Source: Octopus sinensis (lineage: Eukaryota). Taken from it: DNA of 64,000 bases. A program made the position numbers and the translations under genes. The DNA is taken from contig NC_043011.1 in assembly GCF_006345805.1 (NCBI RefSeq), positions 26,114,464-26,178,463 on the forward strand. The letters run 5' to 3'. The notes under the pieces were generated by a model. The model did not search any database and was not told the origin of the DNA. It worked only from the letters and a program-made list of their open reading frames with translations. Positions 23,101 to 35,836 of this stretch are shown piece by piece. The stretch's first letter is position 1, and every line of letters begins with the position of its first letter.

Positions 23101-26100
23101 TAGCGATCATGAATGAAACAGCCTAACCACTAGGCCACTATTGTTTTATAGTTTTATCAAAGAAACGAAAGCAGTCCTCATGGCCTTTTTTTAAAGGCCT
23201 TAATGACTAGTGGAGGAAGAAAATAAGAAGCTTCAATTCATGAGGTTGCTGCTTATCAATACTTTGATCAATTGTACAAGTATCTAGTTGGAAGTTGATG
23301 ATCACTGATGGGTCTGTCAGCAAATAAGACAACTTCATTAAGTGTGACACATGGAGACAAGGCCCTGTTAAGTCTAGCAGCAGACCATCCTGCTAACAAA
23401 CTGTGGCACTGCACAACAGAAAATGTAGTAGGTAGGAAGCAATGCATCAAGAAATCGAGTTATTCTGCTCCAAATAGCTATAAGAGAGTGAACCCTGCTA
23501 AAGGTGCCCAAGGACAAGTGACGATGTTAAATACTGAACTCTTTTAGATCATCTTACACAGTTTAATGAATAACTCATGGATAACAGAATCACTAAAACA
23601 ATATTTACAAGTAAAATAAGACTCTTATATGATAATAGTTTATGTCACACAATAATATAAAATTTTTAAAGATTTAAAATATAGTAAAAAACCCAAAAGA
23701 GCCAACAGTTAACATTTACACTGATTTTTATCTAGATCCAGTTCAGATCTGATCAAGTAGACTTATGATGTTCCAGCTACAAAAGACCATTTATATCTAC
23801 TAGAACTACACTGTGTGCTTTATTTTTAAGATTCAAGGACAGAGATCTTCAAACTGTGTTGTGACACTTCACTGTTAATATAATGTAGGTGAGCCACAAA
23901 ATCAGGTTGAACCCAAAAAATTTTAATGAATATTCAGCTGTGAGGTATATCACTATACACTTAAACACATGACTGGCAGTACTTGCAATATCTAATTACT
24001 AACAAAACTGAATTAATGTGTCACAAAAAATTTTATTTTTAAAATATGTGAATATTGCTAATGTGAATAACTTTTTTCTATCAGAGACTTGCCTAAACAG
24101 AGGTAATTAGGAAGTAAACAATAAGTGGCTATCAAAAAAAAAAAAAACTCAACCTCAAAATGGTGAAAATTTTACAAGACTCACCTGATTATTTTCATAA
24201 AACAATATGTTCGGGACTTTAGTGATGTTATCTGGCTTACAGACTGGAAGTTTTGTATTTCGAATCCTTACCATTCCATCTTTCACCTCACCTGTGTGTA
24301 TATAAGGATATAAGACATAACTGAGATATGAACAGATTACAATGATGAACAACCAACTCAATCAGTATTTCAAACCCAGCTTCGTTTTCCTTATTAACTG
24401 GACCTAGAGGAAGAAGAAGCAGTCATGGTATTTGCAAACCCTCCAATACTGGTGTCATAAATGTTCCACTTAAACTATTGTTTTGTTTTGCAATACTTTG
24501 TCCATTTGCATGTTCTGAGTTCAAATTCTGCTGTGGTCAACTTTGCCTTTCATCCTTTTGGGGGTCAATTAAATAAGTACCAGTTACACACTGGGGTTGA
24601 TGTAATCAACCTAATCCCTTCTCCCGAATTTGAGGCCTTATGCTTCCATTAGAAAGGATTGTTAATATTATTACCTCTGCCTTAGCGAAGGCAGAGGTAT
24701 TGTTTTTAGTCGTATTTGTTTGTTTGTCTGTGGACAAGATGTCTCAAGAACCGCTGGATGGATTCAGATGTTTGGACGCATGACTGGCATGAACTGATTA
24801 GATTTTGGGATCAATCAGGTACCGGACAAGGATTCTGGATTAATTTTCCTGGTTTTTACTTAATTTTTGAGAGTAGTTGGGTTCATTTTTAGTATTCTCG
24901 TTTGTGGGAGCAGTCGTGTTTATTTCAAATATTCTCATTTTAAAAATCATCTCTGGCTAATTGCTGAGAGGACATTGGTGTTGCCTTGGCAGAGAATTGC
25001 GCTCTCTGAGTAATCTTGTTATTTAAGGCAATGAGTTGCTTGGTACCATGTATACAAAGAATTAAAACATTGTGATGATGATGATGACAATGATGATAGT
25101 AATAATAATAATAACAACCACCATCACCATCACCATCATCATCATCATTATTACTCAACATCTGTTTACCATTCTGGCATTAGTTGGATGAAGTGACAAG
25201 ATCTGACAAGCCAGAAGGCTATGTCAGTCTCCAATGTCAGCTTTGGCATCACTTCAATGGCTGGATGCTCTTCCTAATGCCAATCACCTTACAAAGTGTA
25301 CTAGATGTTTTCAACATGATACTGGCGTTAGTGATGTTGCCAAGTAACTTTCAAGACACAGATAAGAAAGGAAAAAGCTCTTCAGTTAAGTGGAAGGAAG
25401 TATATTTGTGGAGGCACATGGCCTAGTGGTTAGAGCAGCGGACTCGCGGTCGAGGGATCGCGGGTTCGAATCTCAGACCGGACGATGTGTGAGTTTATGA
25501 GCGAAAACACCTAAGCTCCAGGCGGCTCCGGCAGAAGGTTATGGCGAAACTTCTGCTGACTCTTTCGCCACAACTTTCTCTCACTCTTTCCTCCTGCATC
25601 TTGCAGCTTACCTGCAATGGACCGGCGTCCCATCCAGGTGGGGAACCTATACGTCAAGAAACCGGGAAACTGGCCCTTATGAGCCAGGCATGGCTCGAGA
25701 AGGAACAAACAAGGAAGTATATTTGCAAGAGGGGAAGATAGCTAAGTGATTTAAACAGAATATGTAAATAAGAAAAAAAAAGTTTTGTCTGTATAATAAT
25801 TATAATATGAATCATCATGTCTGCTTAGCTATCAAGATAAAGAAAAAAAAACTTGAAAAGTAGGGCTGTTTTGCATTACATACATGTTGTGGCTTCTTCT
25901 AGGTTGGTAAACTTCATATTAGTTGATGTCTCCAAACCAGCATCTTGAAGTGCCTGCTCTAAAGACAATCGTACCATTCGAGGTAGGAACCTTGAAAAAC
26001 GATAGAATTTTTTTTTTTATATTATTTTTTTTTACAAAAAACTTTTCAAAATATTGAAAATTGGAAATCTTTTAAAAACTACTTCAAGTTTAGTTAATTT

Positions 26101-29100
26101 CGTTGAACATATAAGGTCACACTCACTTTGAAAGACAAGCCTTTTGTATGATAGAACCAAGGTCTTCACTAGGAAAATTAGCCAATCGGTGAGCTATTCT
26201 GAGCAACTGCCGTGTAGATAGAGAGGATGCTAAAGACACAAACTAAAAAAAATTAAAATATTAAAAATATTATTATTATTAGTAGTAGAAGAAGAAGATT
26301 ACTATTTGTAAATCTCACAATGAGAGATATTCAGCAACAGTACTTTGAAGTAAAGATTATTTGCCAACATAACATGGCAGTCCTGGTTTAGAACGAATGT
26401 TGCTGTAATTTAGCCCCAGGAGACATCGTCTCCAGCTGGACACAATCTGTGTCCTTATATTTTCAAACACGATAATCTAGCACCCCCACTCAGCTCAAAA
26501 TAACCCAGAAATCGCAATACACAGATATTATTTTGAGCTGAGTGGTGGGGGGCTAGATTCCTTTGTTTGAAAATATAAGGACACAGTTTGTGTCGTATAG
26601 CCAGCTGGAAACAATGTCTCCTGGGGCTGAATTATGGCAGCATGTTATGTTGGCAAATAATCTTCACTCCATTATTATTATTATTCAGTAGTATTATTTT
26701 TATTGCGTGCCTTCACTGCTTTACTGAGCATAGTTCTACCAATCCATTACTATAGCAGTGAATTAGTAGAGTTGTTAGATCATCAGATGAGATGCCTAGC
26801 AGTATCTATTCTGGATCAGTGCATTTTGAGTTCAAAACCCAGAAAAGTTTTGATACTCCGTCAAGAGTTGATGATTGACAGTTGGTATTAGCTATTATAA
26901 AAAAAAAAAAAGACAATGGCATAACAGTTTCATTGATTTGATAGGAAGATCAGCTGTTCCCATGTCATCATGCCAACATGATTACCTGGTGGTGAACTAG
27001 CAGAATCATTAGTGCATTGGACAAAATGTTTGGCAGTATTTTCTCCAACTTTTGACAATCTTTCTTCAAATCTCTCCAAGGTCAGTTTAGCCTTTCGTCC
27101 TTTCAAAGTACCAGTCAAGTCTTGGGGATAAATTTGATCAATTAAATCATTGCCCAAAAATTTTGGAGATCACAGAAACAATTATTATAATTATCATCAT
27201 TGTATTTCACAAAGGAGATATGTAGCACACCGGTGTATGTGAGAAGAGCTGCCCACCACAACAGAACTGAGATCCTAAAACCAAGGTGTCATGTAAAAAT
27301 CGTTGTTGTCAGTGCTGGTGTCACATAAAAAGCACTGGTGATGGTGACACATAAAAAGCACACAATACACACTGTGGAGTGGTTGGTGTTAGGAAGGGCA
27401 CCTAGCCATAGAAACCAAAGCCAAAATAGACCATGGAACCTGGTGCAGCCCCTGGCCTTGCCAGTTCCTGTCAAGCATCCAGCCCATGCCAGCATGGAAA
27501 ATGGACATTAAATGTTGATGATGAAAGTGATGATGTATTTCCTTCAACCATCATTGACACTTACACATGTTCAAGCTGAAAATAAACCCCCATCAATCTT
27601 ACTAGTATTGAAAGGTAATCAAAGGTCGGTCATGAATTCTGCTTTTTCCTCTAGACAACATCATAAGAAAAAAATTACAAAGCAAATACCAAGAGTGGCT
27701 CAATGTTGAATCAATGAGAAAAAGACTTACAGCAGGATCAGTGGAAGCTCTCATATTATGAACAAACTTCAAGAGGACGGTCATATCTGGACAGTTTGGT
27801 ACCTGGAATAAAAAAAAAAAAACCATTATCTGTTAGTAATGTTGTTGCTTGGTTTGTTTTTTTTTAGTTTCTTTTAAATTTGTAGTTATGGTCTATAGTT
27901 TTCAATATATATATATATATATATATAGATAGATATCCAATAAGGACTAAGTCAGTACTAATGATGAGCGGCAGTAGCAGCAGCAAATGGCAGAACTGCG
28001 GACTTCAGAAGCTGCAACAAAAGCAACTAATTCAGAACCTCAACTCTGATTAAAAAGGATGGATAAAGGATGCAGAGGATTCTCTGATCCTTTCACAAAC
28101 GACCTTTTGTAAAATGCACCCCAAGTCCACACTTTAGAGTGGATGGTGATAAGAAGGACATCCTGTTGTAAAAAAAATGAAATGGAAATCTACTTGGACT
28201 TAGAGTGCATTTAATCATGATATCAGTACTACAAAAGGTTGTCTGTGAAAGGACCAGAGAATCCTTTGCAACTACAGGTTCAGTCATAATGCATAGTACC
28301 TTGAGCAAGTGTTAAGCAAGTATTATAGCCCCAAACCTCAATGCCTTGTGAGTGAATTTGATAGAGAGAAACTGTATGGCAGCCCATCGTGTGCACGTGT
28401 GTGTTGTTGAATTAGTCTCCACCAGCACTTGATAACCAGTGTTGGTTTGTTTGTGTCCCTGTAACTTTGTAGTTTGACAAAAGCAAAAGAGACAGATAGA
28501 ATAAGCCTCCAGACCTAAAAATAAGTTCTGAAGTCAATTTGATTGACTAAACCCTTCGAGTCAGTGCCCCAGCTTGGCCAGAGTCTAATGACTGAATCAA
28601 GTAAAAGATAAAAACATAAAAGATGAAAAAAAAAACAAAGGACAGTAACTTTGAATAAGAGCAGATCATGAATTTCCTAATAAAATATTTAAGCCAAGTA
28701 CATATACGTATATGTATGTGTGTGTGTTATTTGTGTGCTTGTGTATGTGCATGTGTGTATGTGCGTGTTTATCTCCCTATGTTTGTGCTGTGTTTGTCTT
28801 TTCACCACTTGACAACCATTGCTGGTTTGTTTATGTCCCTGTAACTTAATGGTCTGGCAAAAGAGATCGATGGAATAAATAACAGACTGGAGTCAATTTG
28901 TTCAACTAAACCCTTGCAAGTGATGCCCTGTAGCATGGCTACAGTCCAATGAATGTAATAAGTAAGAGGCAGAATGTGGTTTGTGAATCAATAGTTGTTC
29001 AGTAGGTTAATACAGAAAAGTAGTGAGCTAGAAATGCTGATGACTTTGATTTTGTAAAAGATGATGACAACTGTATAATGATAGTAAGGATAACAATAGT

Positions 29101-32092
29101 GATAGTAATACAAGCTAAATATGTAGCTTCAGTATAGTCACTTGATCTACAAGAAATAGTAGTCAAGTCTCCCTGAAATCATAGCCTACTGTGATTTGTC
29201 TTGACATCGGTTGTTAGTTGTCAGAGCACTGCTTCCTTCAAGACTTCCATGCTTCCTGAGATTCGCCAACACTACACTTGATTTTCTCCCCTCCATACAC
29301 CCAGACATTTCTACACTACTGCATGTACTTTATATGCACTTTCTGACAAGTTGTGGTGCACCTGAGCACTGTATACAATAATTTCATTATTATTTATTAT
29401 TTAAAACGAGGTACACTCTGCTTTTAAGATAGAATGGTCACAGCCTGAATACTTTTCAGCATAGGTTTACACAGCCAGGGATGACCTAGGGTTAAACATG
29501 AGCAACAGTTGTTACAGTATAACAACTACAACCCTAACAAAAGAATCATCTAAGGAGTACACCTTTTGGAACGTACCAGTGTCTTGAGGACCAACTCTTC
29601 TTCAATGAGTGCCAATGGTCGGATGCGGTGGAAAAGAAACATAGATAAAAGCTCTGGAGACAGTTTAAGATAGAATGGTCACAGCCTGAATACTTTTCAG
29701 CATAGGTTTACACAGCCAGGGATGACCTAGGGTTAAACATGAGCAACAGTTGTTACAGTATAACAACTACAACCCTAACAAAAGAATCATCTAAGGAGTA
29801 CACCTTTTGGAACGTACCAGTGTCTTGAGGACCAACTCTTCTTCAATGAGTGCCAATGGTCGGATGCGGTGGAAAAGAAACATAGATAAAAGCTCTGGAG
29901 ACAGCCACTGCTGTTTGGTGCTACCAATTACTGGTGGCTCAGCAAGTGCAATGATCCGGAAAGATGGGTGAATTGGTAAAATCCCACTAAAAAGAAAAGA
30001 ATAAAATAAAAGTAGAAAAAAGAAATCTGAAGACAAAACATTTTTAATTGTAGTAGATTGGTAGAATAACATGCCATCTTACATTCCAAATTCAGATCCT
30101 ACCCAGGTCTGTGTTGAAAGCTAACCCTAAGAAGTCAATAAAAACAACACTAAAATAATGAAAGCAATTTAACTGACCAAAGCCTTGAAAGTGGTATCCC
30201 CCACAGAACAACAGTCCAATGATTGAAACTAGTAAAAGAGTAAAAAAAGAATTGTTTTCATTTCCTTTTCGTTTTTTGTCTTTTACTTGTTTTAGTCATT
30301 AGACTTAACGAGGAGATTGTGTTTCCTCATTAGTAGAGACAAGATCTCCTTGTGAATCAGAAATCACATGGATCCAATGAATCAGTTTGTTGAAGCTTGC
30401 ATCCATTGTATACCAACCTCTCACAATTCAAGACTAGTATTTTTTATCATTGAAAGTTTACCCCTGTAGGTATGTTTGATCCAGGACTCTTTATTTTTAT
30501 ATTCATAGCTAACTCTCATAGCTGAAAACCTTTCTCCTCTCCACCATCTGGGGACCTGGTTGATGGAAGTTTCACCAACCTTGACCCAGCAGAATATCCA
30601 GGATGTAACAGCTGGTGAAAGAGAGAGAGAGACCTCCATAAACACTAGGCTGGTATTCATTTTCCAGTTGAATAGACTGAAGCAATGTGAAATGTACAAC
30701 CTGGTCCTTGAATTGGACCCAAGACCTTGCAAATGTGGGCCCAATATCCAAACCACTAAACTACATACCTTCACATAAGTAGGCAGATGACACTTGGAAA
30801 TATTTTTTCCTGCTCAGAAATTGCTGAAGCAAGGAATAAACTACCTGCATCAATTGTTAGCTGTCGAGACACCATTTCCTTCTAAACTTCCATGCTTCCT
30901 GAAATTCACCAACAGTACACCTTTTGCTCTCCACCCCATTGTTTTTAAAAACTTATTCACTGGTCACTTTCTGTGCCTGTTCATGCAGTTTTGGTTACTT
31001 TTTCTTATGATTTATAGTGTACCTGAGTACTGTATACAATAATTCATTATCTCCGCCTTAGCAAAGGTGGAGGTATTGTTTTCAGTCGTGTTTGTTTGTC
31101 CGTGGACAAGATATCTCAAGAACCACTGGATGAATTCAGATGAAACTTTCAGGAATGTTTGGCCTCATGACTGGCACAAACTGATTAGATTTTGGGATTG
31201 ATTCAGTACCAGACAAGGATTCTGGATTATTTGACCTGTTTTTTTACTTTTCACTAATCGTTGAGAGGATGTTGGTGTTGCCTTGGTGGAAGTTTGCGCT
31301 CTCTGAGTGCTCTTCTTACAATTATTATTATTAATATTAGTATTATTATTATTATCATTATTATTATTAGATACAATATCGCAGTGAGCTGGCAGAATCA
31401 TTAGCACACCAGACAAAATGATTTGTGGTATTTTGTCCATCTTTACATTCTGAGTTCAAATTCCACTGAGGTTGACTTTGCCTTTCATCCTTTCAGGGTC
31501 ATTGAAATAAGTACTAGTTGAACACTGGGTCGATGTAATCAACTCACCTCCTACCCTAAAACTGCTGGCCTTGTGCCGAAAATTTGAAACCATTATCACT
31601 TGATACAAAAAGAGAGGTTGACAGATATATAGAAAGACAAAGGAAAAGGGTAGGAAACAGAGGGGGGTGTGTGTGTGGGGAAAGGAATAGTGAAAACAAA
31701 AACAATTTACCTTTCACTCAATTCTGTATCAGTTTTGCCAGTGGATTCTTTAATTTGATTATATCGATCAGCATGTAAGAGTCTGGTACCATCATAAAGC
31801 TGCAATTCCCGATCATGGATCAATCTTAAAGAGAACAGACAAACAGACAAATTGATTTCACAAAATAGTCCTAAAAGGTTTCAGATTTATTAAAGGTATA
31901 GTTGTGTGCTTGAGGAGTTTATTTCCAGACCACATGGTTTCAGGTTCTGTCCCACTGCATGGCACCAAAGTCAGACGTTTTCTAGTACAGCCTCATGCCA
32001 GCCAAAGTCTTGAATTGATTTGATATATGGAAACAAAAAGACCAACTGTGTGTGTGTGTGTGTCTGTGTGTGTGTGTGTGCATGTGTGCATG

Positions 32093-32136
<44 letters not shown>

Positions 32137-33243
32137 TGTGTGCATGTGTCTGTGTGTGTTTGCATGTACCCTTGTCTAAACTTTACATGATGGTTTTAAA
32201 TGAGCATCATCATCATGCAAGTGAGGCTGTTCATTTTTGGTCTTCTGTGAAAAGCATATTCTGGTCATGGGGCAATATTACCTTGCTTGGAAACAGATGA
32301 AGGTTGGTGACAGGAAGGGCATACAGCTGTAGAAAAATCTGCCTCAACAAACCCCATCTGACCCACAAAAGCATAGGAAAGCGTATATTAAATGATGATA
32401 GCTTCTTTCAGTTTCTATCTACCAAATCCACTCAGTCTCGTCTTTAAAAAAAGAGGGTGAGTGTTTATTACTGTTGATGTTCTTGTTTAGCCCCAAGTCA
32501 ATCTTGTCATGGCCATCACAACATTTTTTTCCTCAGGCAAAATGCATGTTTACATCTACCAAATTTCACTCAGAAGGCATTAGTCAACCCAAGGCCCTGC
32601 AGTGGGCAAGAGCCCAAAACCTCTTGGTTACAAAGTAACCGTCTTAGCCACAGTCATACCTCCAACATACTGGATGATATAACCCTAGATACATTTGGCC
32701 TTTAAAAAGAAAGGTAACATGATCATGGCTTGAATACCTTTGATCATATATTTGGTCAATGGACAATCAAGGCTGACCTAGATCCACAACAACAACAACA
32801 ACCAGTATTTCAAGAACTAACTTCTCCACATAAAGGATTAACTGGATAGGAAGTATGGCTGACTTACCTTTGTATGACTGAAAATGAACCAGGGTTGATA
32901 CGGTGGACACCATCAAGGACAGCTAAGTTACCTTGAAGGGCAGCACTGACCAGAGGGGATGACACCCAAAATGTGTCTCCATTTGGACGAGTTGACCTCT
33001 GCTGTAACAAATCCCTAGAGGTCATATCCTTTTGAAAAAAATAGGGAAATATATAATAAATAACTTAATACAATAATTTTTAATATGGCCACAAGGCCAC
33101 AAATTTTGTAAGGGAGAGGATAAGGGAAGCAACATATTACATTGATCCCAGTTAATTTATCAATCTCAAATAGGTGAAAGATAAGTTAATTTTGGTGGGA
33201 TGTCTAATCCCACAAGGCATTCTGATTCTGACAATCAACTGAC

Positions 33244-33289
<46 letters not shown>

Positions 33290-35794
33290 CAACAACAACA
33301 GCAACAACAATAATAATCTTTTCTACTAAAGGCACAAGGCCTGAAATTTGGGGGACGGGGTAAATCAATTACATCGACCCCAATACTTAACTGGTACTTA
33401 TTTTATTAATCCCGAAAAGATGAAAGGCAAAGTCAACCTTGGTGGAATTTGAACTCAGAACATAAAGATGGACAAAATGCTAAGCAGCATGCTAAGAATT
33501 CGGCCAACTCGCCATCTTAAAAGGATGAAAGGCAGAGTCAACCGCAATGGAATTTGAACTCAGAACATAAACATAAATGAAATACTGCTAAGTATTTTAC
33601 CCGGCATGCTAAAAATTCTGCCAGATTGCCACCCTAATAATAATAATAATTTTTTTTACAATAGGCATAAGACCTGAAATTTGGCAGGAGGGAACTAATC
33701 AAAAATCATTGACACCCCCACCCCACTCAACTGGTAAGTATTTTATCAATTAATGTAAAGAATTGGAAGAAATACTGCTAAGCATTTTGTTCAGTAAGCT
33801 AGTAACTCCACCAACTCACAGCCTTAGTAATAATAGAGTCACATAAACTATCCATGGTAGAGGCGCATGGCTCAGTGATTAGGGTGCTAGACTCCTGATC
33901 ATAAGATAGTGGTTTCGATTCCTGGAACAGGCAACACATTGTATTCTTGAGCAAAACACTTCATTTCATGTTGCTCCAGTCCACTCAGCTGGCAAAAATT
34001 AGTAATCCTGCAACAGACCAGTGTCCCATCCAGCTGGGGAACATATATACCATGAAACTGGGAAACCGGCCCTTATGAGTCAATATGACTTGAGAAGGTA
34101 ACTTTACCTTTTTAGTAACTAAACATGTCAATTATTAGTTGTCAGGACATGTTTCTGGCCCTCTGGCAACTTTCCTTATAAAGTTATCTCAGAAACGAGG
34201 GACATTCCCATGATTCTGGATTAATGCTGATGTCTTTTGAGTAGGCATGGAAAGGATCTTTGCAGAGTTTCTGTTGTCCACTGACTAAACAGGATTTTAG
34301 TCCCTACACGAAATATTTATTCCCTAGAAACTCATTCTAGATAAAGAATTTTCAGAAGTCATTCATCATCTATTCTGACAATGTGACAAAACCAGTTCAG
34401 GGCTGTTGAAATCAGCACAGGAAAACAAGGCATCTGAGTAACACCAAGTGATTGAGGACCTTATCCTACTAACCTACGATCAAAAGTATTCCATTTGTGA
34501 CCACACCATCTGTTATTTTTCTGAAATAGTGTATGCTGGACTAGGCAAGTGAAATCAAAATCAAATCAAATTCCATGACTGGCACCTGTGCCAGTGGAGC
34601 GCTAAGAGCACCATACAAGTATGATCATTGCCAGAGCAGCTGACTGGCTTCCATGCTGGTGGCACATGAAAAAACATTCAAGCGAAGTCGTTGCCAGTGC
34701 CACTGGACTTGCTCTTGTGCAAGTGGCACGTGAAAAAGCACCATTTGAGTGTGGCTGTTACCAGTACCACCTGACTGGCCCTTGTGCCGGTGGCACGTAA
34801 AAGCACCCACTACACTCTTGAAATGGTTGGCATTAGGAAGGGCATCCAGCTGTAGAAACTCTGCCAGATCAGATTGGAGCCTGGTGTAGCCATCTGGTTC
34901 GCCAGTCCTCAGTCAAATCGTCCAACCCATGCTAGCATGGAAAGCAGACGTTAAACGATGATGATGATGATGATGGTTTAAAGGATATTTAGCTGCTATT
35001 TCTAGCTGACTGAGCCACTATATAGTGGCTTACCTGTTGATTAAAGAATTAATCAGTAGTCATACCTGGTGCAGGTGAACAGGTTCGATGTGATATCCAA
35101 GGTAATTCGCAAAGTTTTCAACCAAAACACTTTTACCACAGCCCTGAAATAATAAAAAAATGATCGTAGTAGTGGTAGTAGTAGTATTAGTAAAGGTTTC
35201 AAATTTTGGCACAAGGCCAGCAATTTCAGGGAAGGGTTTAAGTCAATTACATCAACCCTAGTACTTGACTGGTACTTAATTTATCAACCCCAAAAGGCTG
35301 AAAGGCAAAGCCGACTTAGGCAGAATTTGAGCTCAGAATGTGAAAATGAACAAAATGCCGCTAAGCATTTTGCCGGCATACTAATGATAACATAAACAAC
35401 AATAATTGTTTCTAATTAAGATACAAGAACAGCAATTTCGAAGATGAGGGATAAGTCAATTACGTCAACTGCAGCACTTGACCAATGCTTTATCAAGCAT
35501 TTTATCGTACCATTTTAGTGAACCTGAAAGGATGAAAAACAAAGATGACTGTGGCAAGATTTGAAGTGAGGTGTTTTGATTACTTTCTTTTACACATTTT
35601 AGCCATTTGGCTGCAGCCCTTAAAGGGTTTTAGTTGAAGAAATCACCCCCTAGGACTTATTCTTTGTAAGCCTAGTACTAATCCTCTCACTCTCTTTCGC
35701 TGAATCACTAAGTTACAGGGACATAAACACACCAACATCAGTTATGTTATCAAACAATGATGAGGAGGACAAAGACATACACACATAAATATAC

Positions 35795-35836
<42 letters not shown>

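Noticed and set aside
23268-23547. LINE endonuclease remnant (SDH motif) or small gene
   Set aside because: A single short motif without other APE motifs is too weak to call.
25409-25490. tRNA gene (A and B boxes; also 21230-21300 and 33860-33930)
   Set aside because: It continues into a SINE body with a TSD and lacks a proper acceptor stem and terminator; it is a SINE head.
29577-29663. An additional constitutive VWA8 exon
   Set aside because: It is an identical duplicate of part of exon 16 without a native acceptor, and the reading frame is complete without it. Reported as a finding instead.
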